A model generated the notes under the pieces. It had not been told where the DNA came from, did no database searches, and saw only the letters and a program-made list of their open reading frames with translations. 44,549 nucleotides of DNA from a virus. Its lineage: Duplodnaviria > Heunggongvirae > Uroviricota > Caudoviricetes. The position numbers were made by a program, and so were the translations under genes. Position 1 is the stretch's first letter; each line of letters opens with the position of its first letter. The stretch lies in IMG/VR virus record IMGVR_UViG_2721755710_000002, one strand, 5' to 3'. Of the stretch, positions 1 to 8,153 are shown one piece after another.

Positions 1-342
1 ATGGTTAACATCGTCATAGCAAGGGATTTCTCAAAGATGCCATTTGGAAGGTTCAAGTCTGACAGCCCGAACAGTGCTGAGCGTTTTCGTAAGGACTTTC
101 TGGTTCCTGCATTAAAATCTGGTGAGCGTGAGGTTGTCGTAGATTTTACGGGTATAAATCATGGGATTGGTTCTTCGTTTCTAGAGGAGGCCTTTGGAGG
201 GCTTGTTAGGAAGGAAGGTGTACCTAAGGCTGACATTAAGGCAAAACTAATTATAAAAAGTGATTTGCCGTTCTATAAAGATCAAATTTTTAGATATATT
301 GAAATGGCTAATCCAGAAAGGAAGCCTTTCCAAAGGAGTTGA
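1..342 (+). CDS. small STAS-like (DUF4325-like) protein; may be 5'-truncated by the window edge
   Basis: ORF in AT-rich DNA; the motif VVVDFTGINHGIGSSFLEEAFGGLV resembles the STAS-like DUF4325 signature (recalled, not searched). The ORF starts at base 1, so the true start may lie upstream. Confidence 0.4.
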   Translation: MVNIVIARDFSKMPFGRFKSDSPNSAERFRKDFLVPALKSGEREVVVDFTGINHGIGSSFLEEAFGGLVRKEGVPKADIKAKLIIKSDLPFYKDQIFRYIEMANPERKPFQRS

Positions 343-363
343 TTTGAACACCGTTGATATTAA

Positions 364-385
364 GGACACCCTTGCAGGGGTGTCC
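364..385. repeat. perfect 8-bp inverted repeat (GGACACCC-N6-GGGTGTCC) between the two left-end ORFs
   Basis: Read directly from the sequence; no T-run follows, so not a canonical intrinsic terminator. Possible RNA hairpin or protein-binding site. Confidence 0.5.
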
Positions 386-397
386 ACTTACGCATGG

Positions 398-973
398 ATG
401 TTTAGTGTTGTGAGTATTATCTTAGTGTTTATTGGATGGTTTGTTACTTACAATAATTCACTGAAGATTGCTACTCGCTCTGAATCTAAATCGATTATAG
501 ATGCGATTGCTAAAATTTTAAACGAAATATCAGATTTGTCTCTGGATTACTGGGTTAATAAGTCAACACCACCAGATTCTAATCCATTTAAGAAAAAAAG
601 TTTTAAGAACTCTAATGGATTGCATACTCAGTCGGCGAAAATATATTTAACGGCAATTCATGGAAAAGCCATACAAATAAATAAATACATTAATCTTCTC
701 GATGAGAGGGGGATAAAAATAACAATTTCGTATTTTTCTAATATTATAGATGAAGCTACTATGGAATGTGAGAAATCATATTGTTTTAATAAGTCATATA
801 GGGTTTTTCGCGCTCAGAATGTATCTAGTGCTTGTGTCGATTTCATAATGCATTTATATGATTCTTTTCAAAAAAATCATCCTCCACGTAAGCCTGTATA
901 TGTATTGAAAACATTAAAACAATTGGATTGTTACTTGGATAAATGGCATAATGAATTATGTGGGCGGCAATAA
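398..973 (+). CDS. hypothetical membrane-anchored protein (one N-terminal TM helix, ~190 aa)
   Basis: ORF 260..973; the first ATG after the upstream stop and hairpin is at 398. Hydrophobic stretch FSVVSIILVFIGWFVTY near the N-terminus; AT-rich composition; no recognisable domain. Confidence 0.4.
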   Translation: MFSVVSIILVFIGWFVTYNNSLKIATRSESKSIIDAIAKILNEISDLSLDYWVNKSTPPDSNPFKKKSFKNSNGLHTQSAKIYLTAIHGKAIQINKYINLLDERGIKITISYFSNIIDEATMECEKSYCFNKSYRVFRAQNVSSACVDFIMHLYDSFQKNHPPRKPVYVLKTLKQLDCYLDKWHNELCGRQ

Positions 974-981
974 ATGCCGCC
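963..981. other. 7-bp stem hairpin (GGCGGCA-ataaa-TGCCGCC) between convergent ORF2 and int
   Basis: Inverted repeat spanning the ORF2 stop codon, 5 bp from the int stop; could act as a bidirectional terminator or RNase III-type site (inference). Confidence 0.4.
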
Positions 982-985
982 ATAA

Positions 986-2152
986 TCATTGTATAATGTA
1001 TTTGATGGAGCTTTTTCCGTCGTATTCTTTGAGATATCGACCATAGTGCCTGAAAAGCATCTCCGGCCCTTTATGCCCCATTTGAGCTGCAAGCCAAAAC
1101 AGGTTTGCTCCTCGGCTGATATGGCTGGTGGCGAATGTATGCCTGGTTTGATATGGGTTTCTGTAACGAATACCTGCTTTTCGCAATGTTGGCACCCATG
1201 CTTTTTTCCTAATTGCATCAGCACTTGCCCAAGGCTTATTGGTCTTTGGATCTTCAAAGACAGTAGTATCCTTCATGAATGTAAATGGCTTCTGATTTAT
1301 CAGCGCCAACATTGCCTCTTCTGTCAGTTCAACTTTCCGAGTACCTGCTTTTGTCTTTGTCCCTTTGATAACACCGACAACACTTGCGCTCTGGACATGG
1401 GCAGTTTTTCCAACAAAGTCGATATCACGCCATCGAAGGGCACATAATTCAGAACTACGCAGGCCTGTATGTATAGCGAACCGGAACAGATTTTCCCATT
1501 GTTTGTTTCCGGCTGCTGCTAGTAATGCATCAACTTCTGCTGGTGATAGCGGATCAACTACGTAGCTGCTTTCTGCTTCTGACTTATCACTTTGGTAGCG
1601 CGAAGCTGTTACTAACGATACGGGGTTAATTTGAAGTACCCCATCGGTCACGGCTTCATCAAGTGCTGACCGCAGGAAAGATAACTGGTTGCGAATTGTT
1701 TTTAAGGTCGTTTTCTGATTTTGAATCCACGCTTTCAGGGTTGCTGGTGTTAATTCACTTGCAGGGCAAATGTGAAGTGAGGCTAACGCACTACGGCATT
1801 TTTTATAGCCACCAATCGTAGAGGGTGAAAGTTTTCTCGTTTCGCAGATTTCAAGGTATTCGTCCAGGTACATTTTTACCGTTTTGCCTGCAGCAGCATT
1901 ACCAAAAATTTTCAAACGAGCAGAACGGGGAAAATATTCCGCATAAATGAATGTTCCCCTTTCGATCTTATTATGAATTTCGCCGAGTGTGCGCTCGGCG
2001 TATTTAATGTTCTTTGGTGTTACTTCCAGATTGGAAAGAGGCTCACGACATTTAACACCTTTGTAGGTGAAAGTTATATTGATCGTTTCGCCCTGGCGGT
2101 GTTTCCTGATTGTTACGCCGCGCGGTAGTTTGAGCAGTTTTGTCTGGCCCAT
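986..2152 (-). CDS. int: tyrosine site-specific integrase
   Basis: 388-aa ORF; C-terminal catalytic region with HTGLRSSELCALRWRDID ... TRHTFATS ... HYGRY (R, H-x-x-R and Y typical of the phage integrase family). Confidence 0.9.
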   Translation of the reverse strand: MGQTKLLKLPRGVTIRKHRQGETINITFTYKGVKCREPLSNLEVTPKNIKYAERTLGEIHNKIERGTFIYAEYFPRSARLKIFGNAAAGKTVKMYLDEYLEICETRKLSPSTIGGYKKCRSALASLHICPASELTPATLKAWIQNQKTTLKTIRNQLSFLRSALDEAVTDGVLQINPVSLVTASRYQSDKSEAESSYVVDPLSPAEVDALLAAAGNKQWENLFRFAIHTGLRSSELCALRWRDIDFVGKTAHVQSASVVGVIKGTKTKAGTRKVELTEEAMLALINQKPFTFMKDTTVFEDPKTNKPWASADAIRKKAWVPTLRKAGIRYRNPYQTRHTFATSHISRGANLFWLAAQMGHKGPEMLFRHYGRYLKEYDGKSSIKYIIQ

Positions 2153-2331
2153 TTTGCAACCTCACTAAGATCAATCCACCTCTCCTTAACGCCTTCAACC
2201 TTTAAAACCTGAACACCTTCACGCCAAACACCGCGCTGTACACGTTTGTTTATTGCTTCAGGAGTTTCGCCAGTTTCTTTGCAATAAGTTGAGATAGGAA
2301 CACAATCGAGGTTCAGCATATGTTTCTCCAC
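2113..2331 (-). CDS. xis: excisionase-like small DNA-binding protein
   Basis: 72-aa ORF immediately upstream of and overlapping int on the same strand; basic small protein in the position and size of an excisionase. Confidence 0.55.
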   Translation of the reverse strand: MEKHMLNLDCVPISTYCKETGETPEAINKRVQRGVWREGVQVLKVEGVKERWIDLSEVAKWARQNCSNYRAA

Positions 2332-2378
2332 TTAGCCCGCTGCACATGGGCAGTAATATCAAATTCCAGTCCTGATAA

Positions 2379-2594
2379 TTAATTTTGTTCTCTGGTTGCT
2401 ACTTGTTTTATTGGCCTGATGCTGTCCAGTAGCAGACGGCGACGCATGTTAGGTGCACCCCAACGGTAACCAGTCTTTTTGTCGTAGGATTCACAACGTC
2501 CGGCAACCCAGGACGTTTCAGTGGAATGTAATTTCATCCGCTTTTCACCGTCTCGGGTGATAACAATTCCTGTATGAGTTTTTATCACGCTCAT
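2379..2594 (-). CDS. hypothetical early-left protein (71 aa)
   Basis: ORF in the leftward operon; its start overlaps the upstream gene stop (ATGA-type coupling). Confidence 0.4.
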   Translation of the reverse strand: MSVIKTHTGIVITRDGEKRMKLHSTETSWVAGRCESYDKKTGYRWGAPNMRRRLLLDSIRPIKQVATREQN

Positions 2595-2953
2595 TTCTTA
2601 GTCTCTGGTGCTTTCGGCATTACTGCCCAGTGAGTGATATTGACGTTTTCAAGGTCCCCGACCTGAAATGTCCACTGCCATTCTCCGGTTTCTTTTTGTC
2701 CCCAGGTGTACCAGAGAGAACGCCAGCCAATCAGCCAGCCTTCTCCGTTAGCATCAAATAACAGAACACTTTCATTTGCTGGAGGCAGTTCAGCTGACAC
2801 TGGTATTATTTTGCTTTCCAGTGCCGCACATTTAGCTTCAAGCGCGTCGAATTTACGTACCAGATACTCAGCATTTGTTTCGTTCACTTTCAGATCTCGC
2901 GGTACACATTTCCCGCGAAGAAACCCTTCCATTTCGAAAACATTCATGCGCAT
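2591..2953 (-). CDS. hypothetical phage protein, Trp-rich C-terminus (DUF551-like)
   Basis: 120-aa ORF, operon-coupled; C-terminal W-rich segment GWLIGWRSLWYTWGQKETGEWQW resembles DUF551 (recalled). Confidence 0.5.
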   Translation of the reverse strand: MRMNVFEMEGFLRGKCVPRDLKVNETNAEYLVRKFDALEAKCAALESKIIPVSAELPPANESVLLFDANGEGWLIGWRSLWYTWGQKETGEWQWTFQVGDLENVNITHWAVMPKAPETKK

Positions 2954-3480
2954 TTGCGTAACTCCGATAATTCGTTAAAGCGTTCCATAAACATCCCGTA
3001 GGCATGGCCTGGAGCCAGTGGAATCACGTTGAACATCTCTGTTGCCGGGATACCTTCCAGCACAGGCCAGAAAGAGCCATCATCAAGCCCGAGATCGCGG
3101 CGTTCGGTTGCCAGCATGATGAGATCGGCATATTTCACGGGTGTACTCATAACCGGGGGTAACCCGTATTTCTCACGGATTACGGCGTCTATTTTTTCTT
3201 CCATCCGTTTATAGTCAGGAAGAAGGCGTTTCAGTGGAGCGGGGATGTCCTGGCAATACGCTTCTGTTGCATCATGCATTAATGCTTCAAAAGCAAATTC
3301 GTGCGGTACCAGCTGGCTGCAAAGCACCGCATGTTGGGCGACGCTGTAGAAGTGTGAAAGATGTCCTGCAAAGCGGCAGATATTTGAAAGTGAAACCGCG
3401 ATATCGTTAATATCGATGTTGTCTTTATTTATCCGGTCATAAAAAAAATGCTTCCCGGAAAAAGTTTTAATAAATGACAT
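2944..3480 (-). CDS. HD-domain phosphohydrolase (YfbR-like 5'-deoxynucleotidase family)
   Basis: H...HD motif (…LSHFYSVAQHAV… / …ALMHDATEAY…); start chosen at the internal ATG preceded by GGAGAA (ORF extends to 3543). Confidence 0.65.
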   Translation of the reverse strand: MSFIKTFSGKHFFYDRINKDNIDINDIAVSLSNICRFAGHLSHFYSVAQHAVLCSQLVPHEFAFEALMHDATEAYCQDIPAPLKRLLPDYKRMEEKIDAVIREKYGLPPVMSTPVKYADLIMLATERRDLGLDDGSFWPVLEGIPATEMFNVIPLAPGHAYGMFMERFNELSELRKCA

Positions 3481-3543
3481 TTCGTTCTCCACGTTATATG
3501 CGCTGCACCGCGTTGAATTTTGGTTGCAAGAATCCCTCGCCAT

Positions 3544-4150
3544 CCGGCGATTATTGAGTCAATTACGTTTCCATAAATGCCCCCGCTGGGGCGGTTAGTT
3601 TCTCCACAAAACAGAGAAGAACACCTACGGTAGTCACTGCCGGATGGATTGGGTTATGAGCCCGTCGTCCGGTGATGCTCTTCTCTGTTTTGTAAAAAGA
3701 GCGGTACCAGCCGGAAGCAAGGGTACAAACTGGTACCGCCAAAGCAGTGGCTGTTGTGGTGGGGTTGTCACTCAGGCGTATGGTCAACCTGACAATCCGG
3801 TGTCCTCAACGGGGAAAGAGTAACCCCGCCATACTTACCGCCGCGCCATTTCGCGGATTACCACAACGCTGAGAGCACTTAGCCAGTTACGGCACCACAC
3901 TTTGTCGCGGCTCCATAAATGCCCTCATCGTTGCACCCTGGTCTCTTCCCAGGCGTCAAACCGAATCGCCACGCTGGTTAGGCGTCTTATCAGCATCATC
4001 ATTGACTTGCACATTCCGGCTACCTGGTTTGTTTGCTCGAGCAAGGAGTGGATTGTCCCCTTTAACGTCACCAGACCGCTAACGACGCATGTGCCATACG
4101 CCGTGTTACAACCAAATTTTGTTTTAATCTTGCCTGTGTTATGTTTCTTT
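3544..4150 (-). other. ORF-free, highly structured ~600-nt leader downstream of the leftward early promoter
   Basis: No convincing ORF on either strand; a 13-mer TCCATAAATGCCC occurs twice (3570..3582 and 3911..3923); a long-range 15-bp complementarity (3606..3620 with 3681..3695) and a GGTACC-containing stem (3701..3740). Confidence 0.4.
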
Positions 4151-4151
4151 T

Positions 4152-4185
4152 AGATACATTATGTATCTCATGGGTACATTGTCAA
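4152..4185 (-). promoter_or_regulatory. candidate leftward early promoter (pL-like) with overlapping operator palindrome
   Basis: On the minus strand: TTGACA (4185..4180), 16-bp spacer, CATAAT (4163..4158). A 17-bp perfect palindrome AGATACAT-T-ATGTATCT (4152..4168) overlaps the -10. Confidence 0.45.
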
Positions 4186-4187
4186 GT

Positions 4188-4212
4188 ATAAAAAAACCTG
4201 CCGAAGCAGGTT
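4188..4212 (-). terminator. intrinsic terminator downstream of the repressor gene
   Basis: On the minus strand: AACCTGC-ttcg-GCAGGTT stem followed by a 7-U run, 13 bp past the cI stop. Confidence 0.6.
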
Positions 4213-4224
4213 CATAAATATTGA

Positions 4225-4899
4225 TTAGGCCTTTATTGTGTATCTTCTTGGTTTTCCCGAGAAAATCACTGTACCAATTATAGAGCAATTACCGTTAATC
4301 TTAATGTAAGGCTCAGGCCAGTTTGGGTTTAATGCTTTGAGATAACGCTGTGTTCCATCTTCTATCAATCGCTTGAAGGTGGTTTCGCCTGTATCGTGCA
4401 TCAATGCAATAACGTCGTCACCGTGGCAGGCAGGGACTTCGGGATCAACAAAAATCATGTCTCCAGGGCGGTACTCATCAATCATTGAATCACCAATCAC
4501 CCGCAAGATATAAGTCATTTCGCCACAGGGTACAGGGCAGGGATACGTTTCTGCTGTGCTCAAATCAACCTCAGAATAGCCAACTTCTTTCCATGCTCCG
4601 GCCTGTACCCATGATATGACAGGGACTAACGTTATTTGTTTGTTAGTGATTGAAACATCAGGTTTTTTTGTGATGTTCGTTGTCTGGTGTTCTTGATCAA
4701 GCCATCCGACAGGCAGGTCGAAACATTTTTCGATGTGCCGTGCCATGCTGTCACCGATATTTTTAGTAGCGCCATCCCCCATAAACCTGCTGGTTTGGGT
4801 TGGCTCGCGATCAATCATGGTGGCAAAGGATGAATTTCCGCCAACACCATCTCTCAGTTTTCTGGCGTTAGACCGCCGGATGTCATGGATTGTTTTCAT
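4225..4899 (-). CDS. cI: CI-type phage repressor (HTH plus LexA-like S24 peptidase domain)
   Basis: 224 aa; C-terminal autocleavage-domain hallmarks (…VIGDSM… / …FKRL…); diverges from the cro-like gene. Confidence 0.85.
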   Translation of the reverse strand: MKTIHDIRRSNARKLRDGVGGNSSFATMIDREPTQTSRFMGDGATKNIGDSMARHIEKCFDLPVGWLDQEHQTTNITKKPDVSITNKQITLVPVISWVQAGAWKEVGYSEVDLSTAETYPCPVPCGEMTYILRVIGDSMIDEYRPGDMIFVDPEVPACHGDDVIALMHDTGETTFKRLIEDGTQRYLKALNPNWPEPYIKINGNCSIIGTVIFSGKPRRYTIKA

Positions 4900-4989
4900 A
4901 ACGAAATTAAAACCTTTGTACCGACAAGGTACAAGTATCTTGAAGGTTCATTTCAATCATGTAATATGTATACCGGAGGTACATATTGT
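4900..4989. promoter_or_regulatory. cI/cro intergenic region with candidate operators (oR-like)
   Basis: Palindromes TGTACC-N5-GGTACA (4917..4933) and ATATGTA-N9-TACATAT (4964..4986); GGAGG RBS in front of the cro ATG. Confidence 0.5.
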
Positions 4990-5190
4990 ATGAAAGCGTA
5001 TTGGGACTCTTTAACCAAAGAACAGCAGGGCGAGTTGGCCGGAAAAGTTGGCTCAACACCTGGCTACTTACGGCTGGTTTTCAATGGTTATAAAAAAGCC
5101 AGTTTTGTGCTGGCGAAAAAACTTGAGCAATGCACGTCAGGTGCAATTACGAAATCTGACTTAAGACCGGATATCTATCCGAAAGATTAA
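4990..5190 (+). CDS. cro: Cro-like small HTH regulator
   Basis: 66 aa from the ATG at 4990, preceded by GGAGG; divergent from cI. The ORF track starts earlier at 4885 but overlaps the cI start. Confidence 0.65.
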   Translation: MKAYWDSLTKEQQGELAGKVGSTPGYLRLVFNGYKKASFVLAKKLEQCTSGAITKSDLRPDIYPKD

Positions 5191-5221
5191 CAGAACACCT
5201 TCAATTTTTAACCACAGAACG

Positions 5222-5785
5222 ATGAGGCTAACCGTGGGTAAGTATCACTGGAAAGTAGAAAAACAGCCTGAGTGGTACGTGAAAGCTGTCAGAAAAACTA
5301 TCGCAGCGTTGCCGGGTGGTTACGCTGAAGCAGCTGACTGGCTGGATGTAACAGAGAACGCATTATTTAACCGCCTTCGTGCCGATGGCGATCAGATTTT
5401 CCCGCTGGGATGGGCAATGGTTTTACAGCGCGCGGCTGGCACTCACTACATTGCGGATGCTGTCGCACAGTCTGCTGGTGGGGTGTTCGTATCGCTTCCT
5501 GAAATTGAGGAAGTAGAGAACGCCGATATAAACCAGCGCCTGCTGGAAGTCATCGAACAGATCGGGAATTACTCAAAGCAGATTCGTTCGGCAATCGAAG
5601 ATGGGGTCGTGGAGCCACACGAGCAGACAGCAATTAATGATGAGTTGTATCTGTCAATTTCGAAGCTCCAAGAGCATGCAGCACTGGTCTACAAAATCTT
5701 TTGCGCTCCAGAAAAGAGTGACGCCCGCGAGTGTGCAGCTCCGGGCGTCGTGGCGTTTTGTGTCTGTGGAGAAACTAACGCATGA
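5222..5785 (+). CDS. hypothetical early-right protein (possibly CII/YdaT-like regulator)
   Basis: 187-aa ORF directly after cro; function assigned by position only. Confidence 0.4.
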   Translation: MRLTVGKYHWKVEKQPEWYVKAVRKTIAALPGGYAEAADWLDVTENALFNRLRADGDQIFPLGWAMVLQRAAGTHYIADAVAQSAGGVFVSLPEIEEVENADINQRLLEVIEQIGNYSKQIRSAIEDGVVEPHEQTAINDELYLSISKLQEHAALVYKIFCAPEKSDARECAAPGVVAFCVCGETNA

Positions 5786-6618
5786 ACAGTTTAACGGCAA
5801 ATAACCGTTTGTCGCAACAGCTGGTGGTCAGCGTCGCTGAACACCTGTTGTTACGGCATGAATGCAGATTACCAAATCACCTGGCTGTAAGTAACCACAG
5901 AGAACTTTACCTGACTGTGGGGGGCGAGTTGTGCAGGAACTTAACCGCTGGTTTCGTGACGGAAGAGGACTTTATGTTCATGTTATTCGTTGGGAGCCAG
6001 AAACACAGCGCGTTATCTATCTTCGCAAAGACTACCCGCATGAGTGCTTTAGTCCTTTGTGGAAATTCAGGCGTGATTTTATTGAGTGTGAAGGACCACC
6101 AGCACATTGATTCTGCCATTCCGGGACGTTACACTGTTCAGGCACCTTATAAAGCGGGTGCCGGGATTGGCGTCCTGGAATTGATCAAGGCGATATATGA
6201 CGCGCCAGCGTCTTTTTTATCGTCCGCATTTGCTCACATCAAAGTTATGGTGGGCTGGGCGGGGGCATCGAAAGATGCGCCGGTTTCCTTGATCACCGGT
6301 TACGCCAACCCCGTTCAGTTCACCACCAGCGAAATTGGCGTTTCCGGTGGTGGAAGTATTTCACCGATCAAGGAGGCTGCCATCATGGCTACTGTCCCAG
6401 CCCTCACTCGTCTGAATGATGAAGACTTACATAAACTCAGTTATGTAACAACAGCACTACGTGCTCTGCGCAAGGTAACTCTTTCAGATCCGCAGGCGCA
6501 TCAACTTCTGGTAGAAACCCTTCTTAACTTGCAGGCTGAACGTATTCGTTTGGCGGATAAGGCTAATCTTCATATTCACCGTCTCCTGAATATCAGCGGA
6601 GGGCATCGTCATGCTTAA
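5782..6618 (+). CDS. hypothetical protein (278 aa)
   Basis: ATGA overlap with the upstream gene; no recognised motifs. Confidence 0.4.
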   Translation: MNSLTANNRLSQQLVVSVAEHLLLRHECRLPNHLAVSNHRELYLTVGGELCRNLTAGFVTEEDFMFMLFVGSQKHSALSIFAKTTRMSALVLCGNSGVILLSVKDHQHIDSAIPGRYTVQAPYKAGAGIGVLELIKAIYDAPASFLSSAFAHIKVMVGWAGASKDAPVSLITGYANPVQFTTSEIGVSGGGSISPIKEAAIMATVPALTRLNDEDLHKLSYVTTALRALRKVTLSDPQAHQLLVETLLNLQAERIRLADKANLHIHRLLNISGGHRHA

Positions 6619-6847
6619 TCCGTTGATCCTCAATATTCACCGTTTACTTCAGCGTAAAAAAATATCAATTCCTACAGTTGGGCAGTGGTACACCACACCT
6701 GCAGGGCATGTTCTACGTGTTAGCCTGGTTGACCGTGAATGCCAGAAGGTGATTTGTGAACCGCTTGGCCGTAATTACCGCGTCAGTATGCCGCTTATAG
6801 CCTTTCGCTCCGGAAAAAACATGAAGCATCTCGGAGGTGCAGCATGA
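6611..6847 (+). CDS. hypothetical protein (78 aa)
   Basis: Short ORF overlapping both neighbours by a few bases (operon coupling). Confidence 0.35.
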   Translation: MLNPLILNIHRLLQRKKISIPTVGQWYTTPAGHVLRVSLVDRECQKVICEPLGRNYRVSMPLIAFRSGKNMKHLGGAA

Positions 6848-7662
6848 GTATGGAGCTGATGGTTAAAGCGATGAAAATTCGAGTGGGTAATCCATTGCGA
6901 AAACTGGTTCTGATCAAGCTGGCTGATAATGCCAGCGATCAGGGTGAGTGCTGGCCCAGCTACCAGCATATTGCTGACCAGTGCGAGATTAGCAAACGTT
7001 CTGTGATGAATCATATTGCGGCCCTTTGTGAGTCCGGGCTGGTAAAAAAAGTCACCCGGAAAGGTGAAAAAGGTAACTCAAGTAATATCTATCTCCTTCA
7101 TCTTGATGGTGCAGGAGATTCACTAGGGGGTAGTGCAAATAATTCACTATCTGGTGCAGCAAATTCACCAGGTAGTGCAGGAGTTGCACCAGGGGGTAGT
7201 GCAGGAGATTCACCCAGAACCAGTCACTCTTTTGAACCAGTCAAAGAACCAGTCAATGAACCAATAGCTGTTGGTGCATCAGTTGATGAGTCCGTGCGAG
7301 TTCGTTCAAACCGACCGGAATACTCTCCGGAGTTTGAGCAGGCATGGCTGGTATATCCCAAACGTGCTGGTGGCAATTCAAAATCTGCAGCCTTCAAAGC
7401 CTGGAAAGCCCGTTTGAATGAGGGGGTAAACCCCGAAACCATGCTGGAAGGTGTGAAACGCTACGCGGGCTGGGTATCTGCGATGGGTAACAGCGGCACA
7501 CAATTTGTGAAACAGGCTGTCACGTTCTTTGGTCCGGATCGTCATTTCGAAGAATCCTGGGAAGTTCCTGCGGTATCTGCAGCCAGACGCGAGGACCCGT
7601 ACTTCAAAGCCAGTTACGACAACGTGGACTACAGCCAGATCCCGGCAGGATTCAGGGGGTGA
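6844..7662 (+). CDS. replication initiation / replisome organizer protein (O-like, N-terminal HTH)
   Basis: N-terminal HTH-like region (…LVLIKLADNASDQGECWPSYQHIADQCEISKRSVMNHIAAL…); internal Gly/Ser/Ala linker encoded by iteron-like repeats, as in lambda O. Confidence 0.7.
   Translation: MSMELMVKAMKIRVGNPLRKLVLIKLADNASDQGECWPSYQHIADQCEISKRSVMNHIAALCESGLVKKVTRKGEKGNSSNIYLLHLDGAGDSLGGSANNSLSGAANSPGSAGVAPGGSAGDSPRTSHSFEPVKEPVNEPIAVGASVDESVRVRSNRPEYSPEFEQAWLVYPKRAGGNSKSAAFKAWKARLNEGVNPETMLEGVKRYAGWVSAMGNSGTQFVKQAVTFFGPDRHFEESWEVPAVSAARREDPYFKASYDNVDYSQIPAGFRG
7108..7215 (+). repeat. iteron-like direct repeats (candidate replication origin) inside the replication gene
   Basis: About five copies of a ~18-20 bp unit GGTAGTGCAGGAGATTCAC and variants read directly (7108..7123, 7126..7147, 7153..7169, 7171..7190, 7191..7215). 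Confidence 0.6.
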
Positions 7663-8153
7663 TCATGAGTCTTTTGAATGAAGTTCAGAAATACATTGAA
7701 GCCCATCCGGGGTGTACTTCCGGAGACATTGCGGATGCTTTTGCAGGTTACTCACGGCAGCGCGTTCTGCAGTCAGCAAGCAAGTTACGTCAGAGTGGTC
7801 GTGTGGCTCACCGTTGTGAAGGGGATACACGCAGACATTTCCCGCGCCTGACTGAGAGAGCGCAGGAGGCGGAACCGCAACCAGTTCGTGAAACCAGACC
7901 TGTGCGCAATTTCTATGTCGGCACTAACGATCCCCGGGTGATTTTGTGCCTGACCCGCCAGGCGGAAGAACTGGAGTCGAGGGGCTTATACCGTCGTGCT
8001 GCAACGGTGTGGATGGCGGCATTCCGTGAAAGCCACTCCCAGCCAGAGCGAAACAATTTTCTTGCGCGTCGTGAGCGGTGTTTACGGAAAAGCAGCAAGC
8101 GCGCTGTACCGGGTGATGAGTGGTATCTGTCAGGGAATTACGTGGGGGCTTAA
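7659..8153 (+). CDS. regulatory protein with C-terminal PerC-like domain
   Basis: C-terminal segment LTRQAEELESRGLYRRAATVWMAAFRE resembles the PerC/Pch activator family (recalled). Confidence 0.5.
   Translation: MIMSLLNEVQKYIEAHPGCTSGDIADAFAGYSRQRVLQSASKLRQSGRVAHRCEGDTRRHFPRLTERAQEAEPQPVRETRPVRNFYVGTNDPRVILCLTRQAEELESRGLYRRAATVWMAAFRESHSQPERNNFLARRERCLRKSSKRAVPGDEWYLSGNYVGA

Noticed and set aside
260-397. Longer 5' extension of the left-end membrane protein ORF (start at 260)
   Set aside because: The extension overlaps the 3' end of the upstream ORF and crosses the 8-bp inverted repeat; the ATG at 398 is the first start after the upstream stop, so the shorter model was preferred.
3563-4153. 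Small ORFs 3563..3787 (minus) and 3902..4153 (plus) in the early-left leader
   Set aside because: No RBS, odd composition, and one runs through the candidate promoter/operator; the region looks better explained as structured non-coding RNA or DNA.
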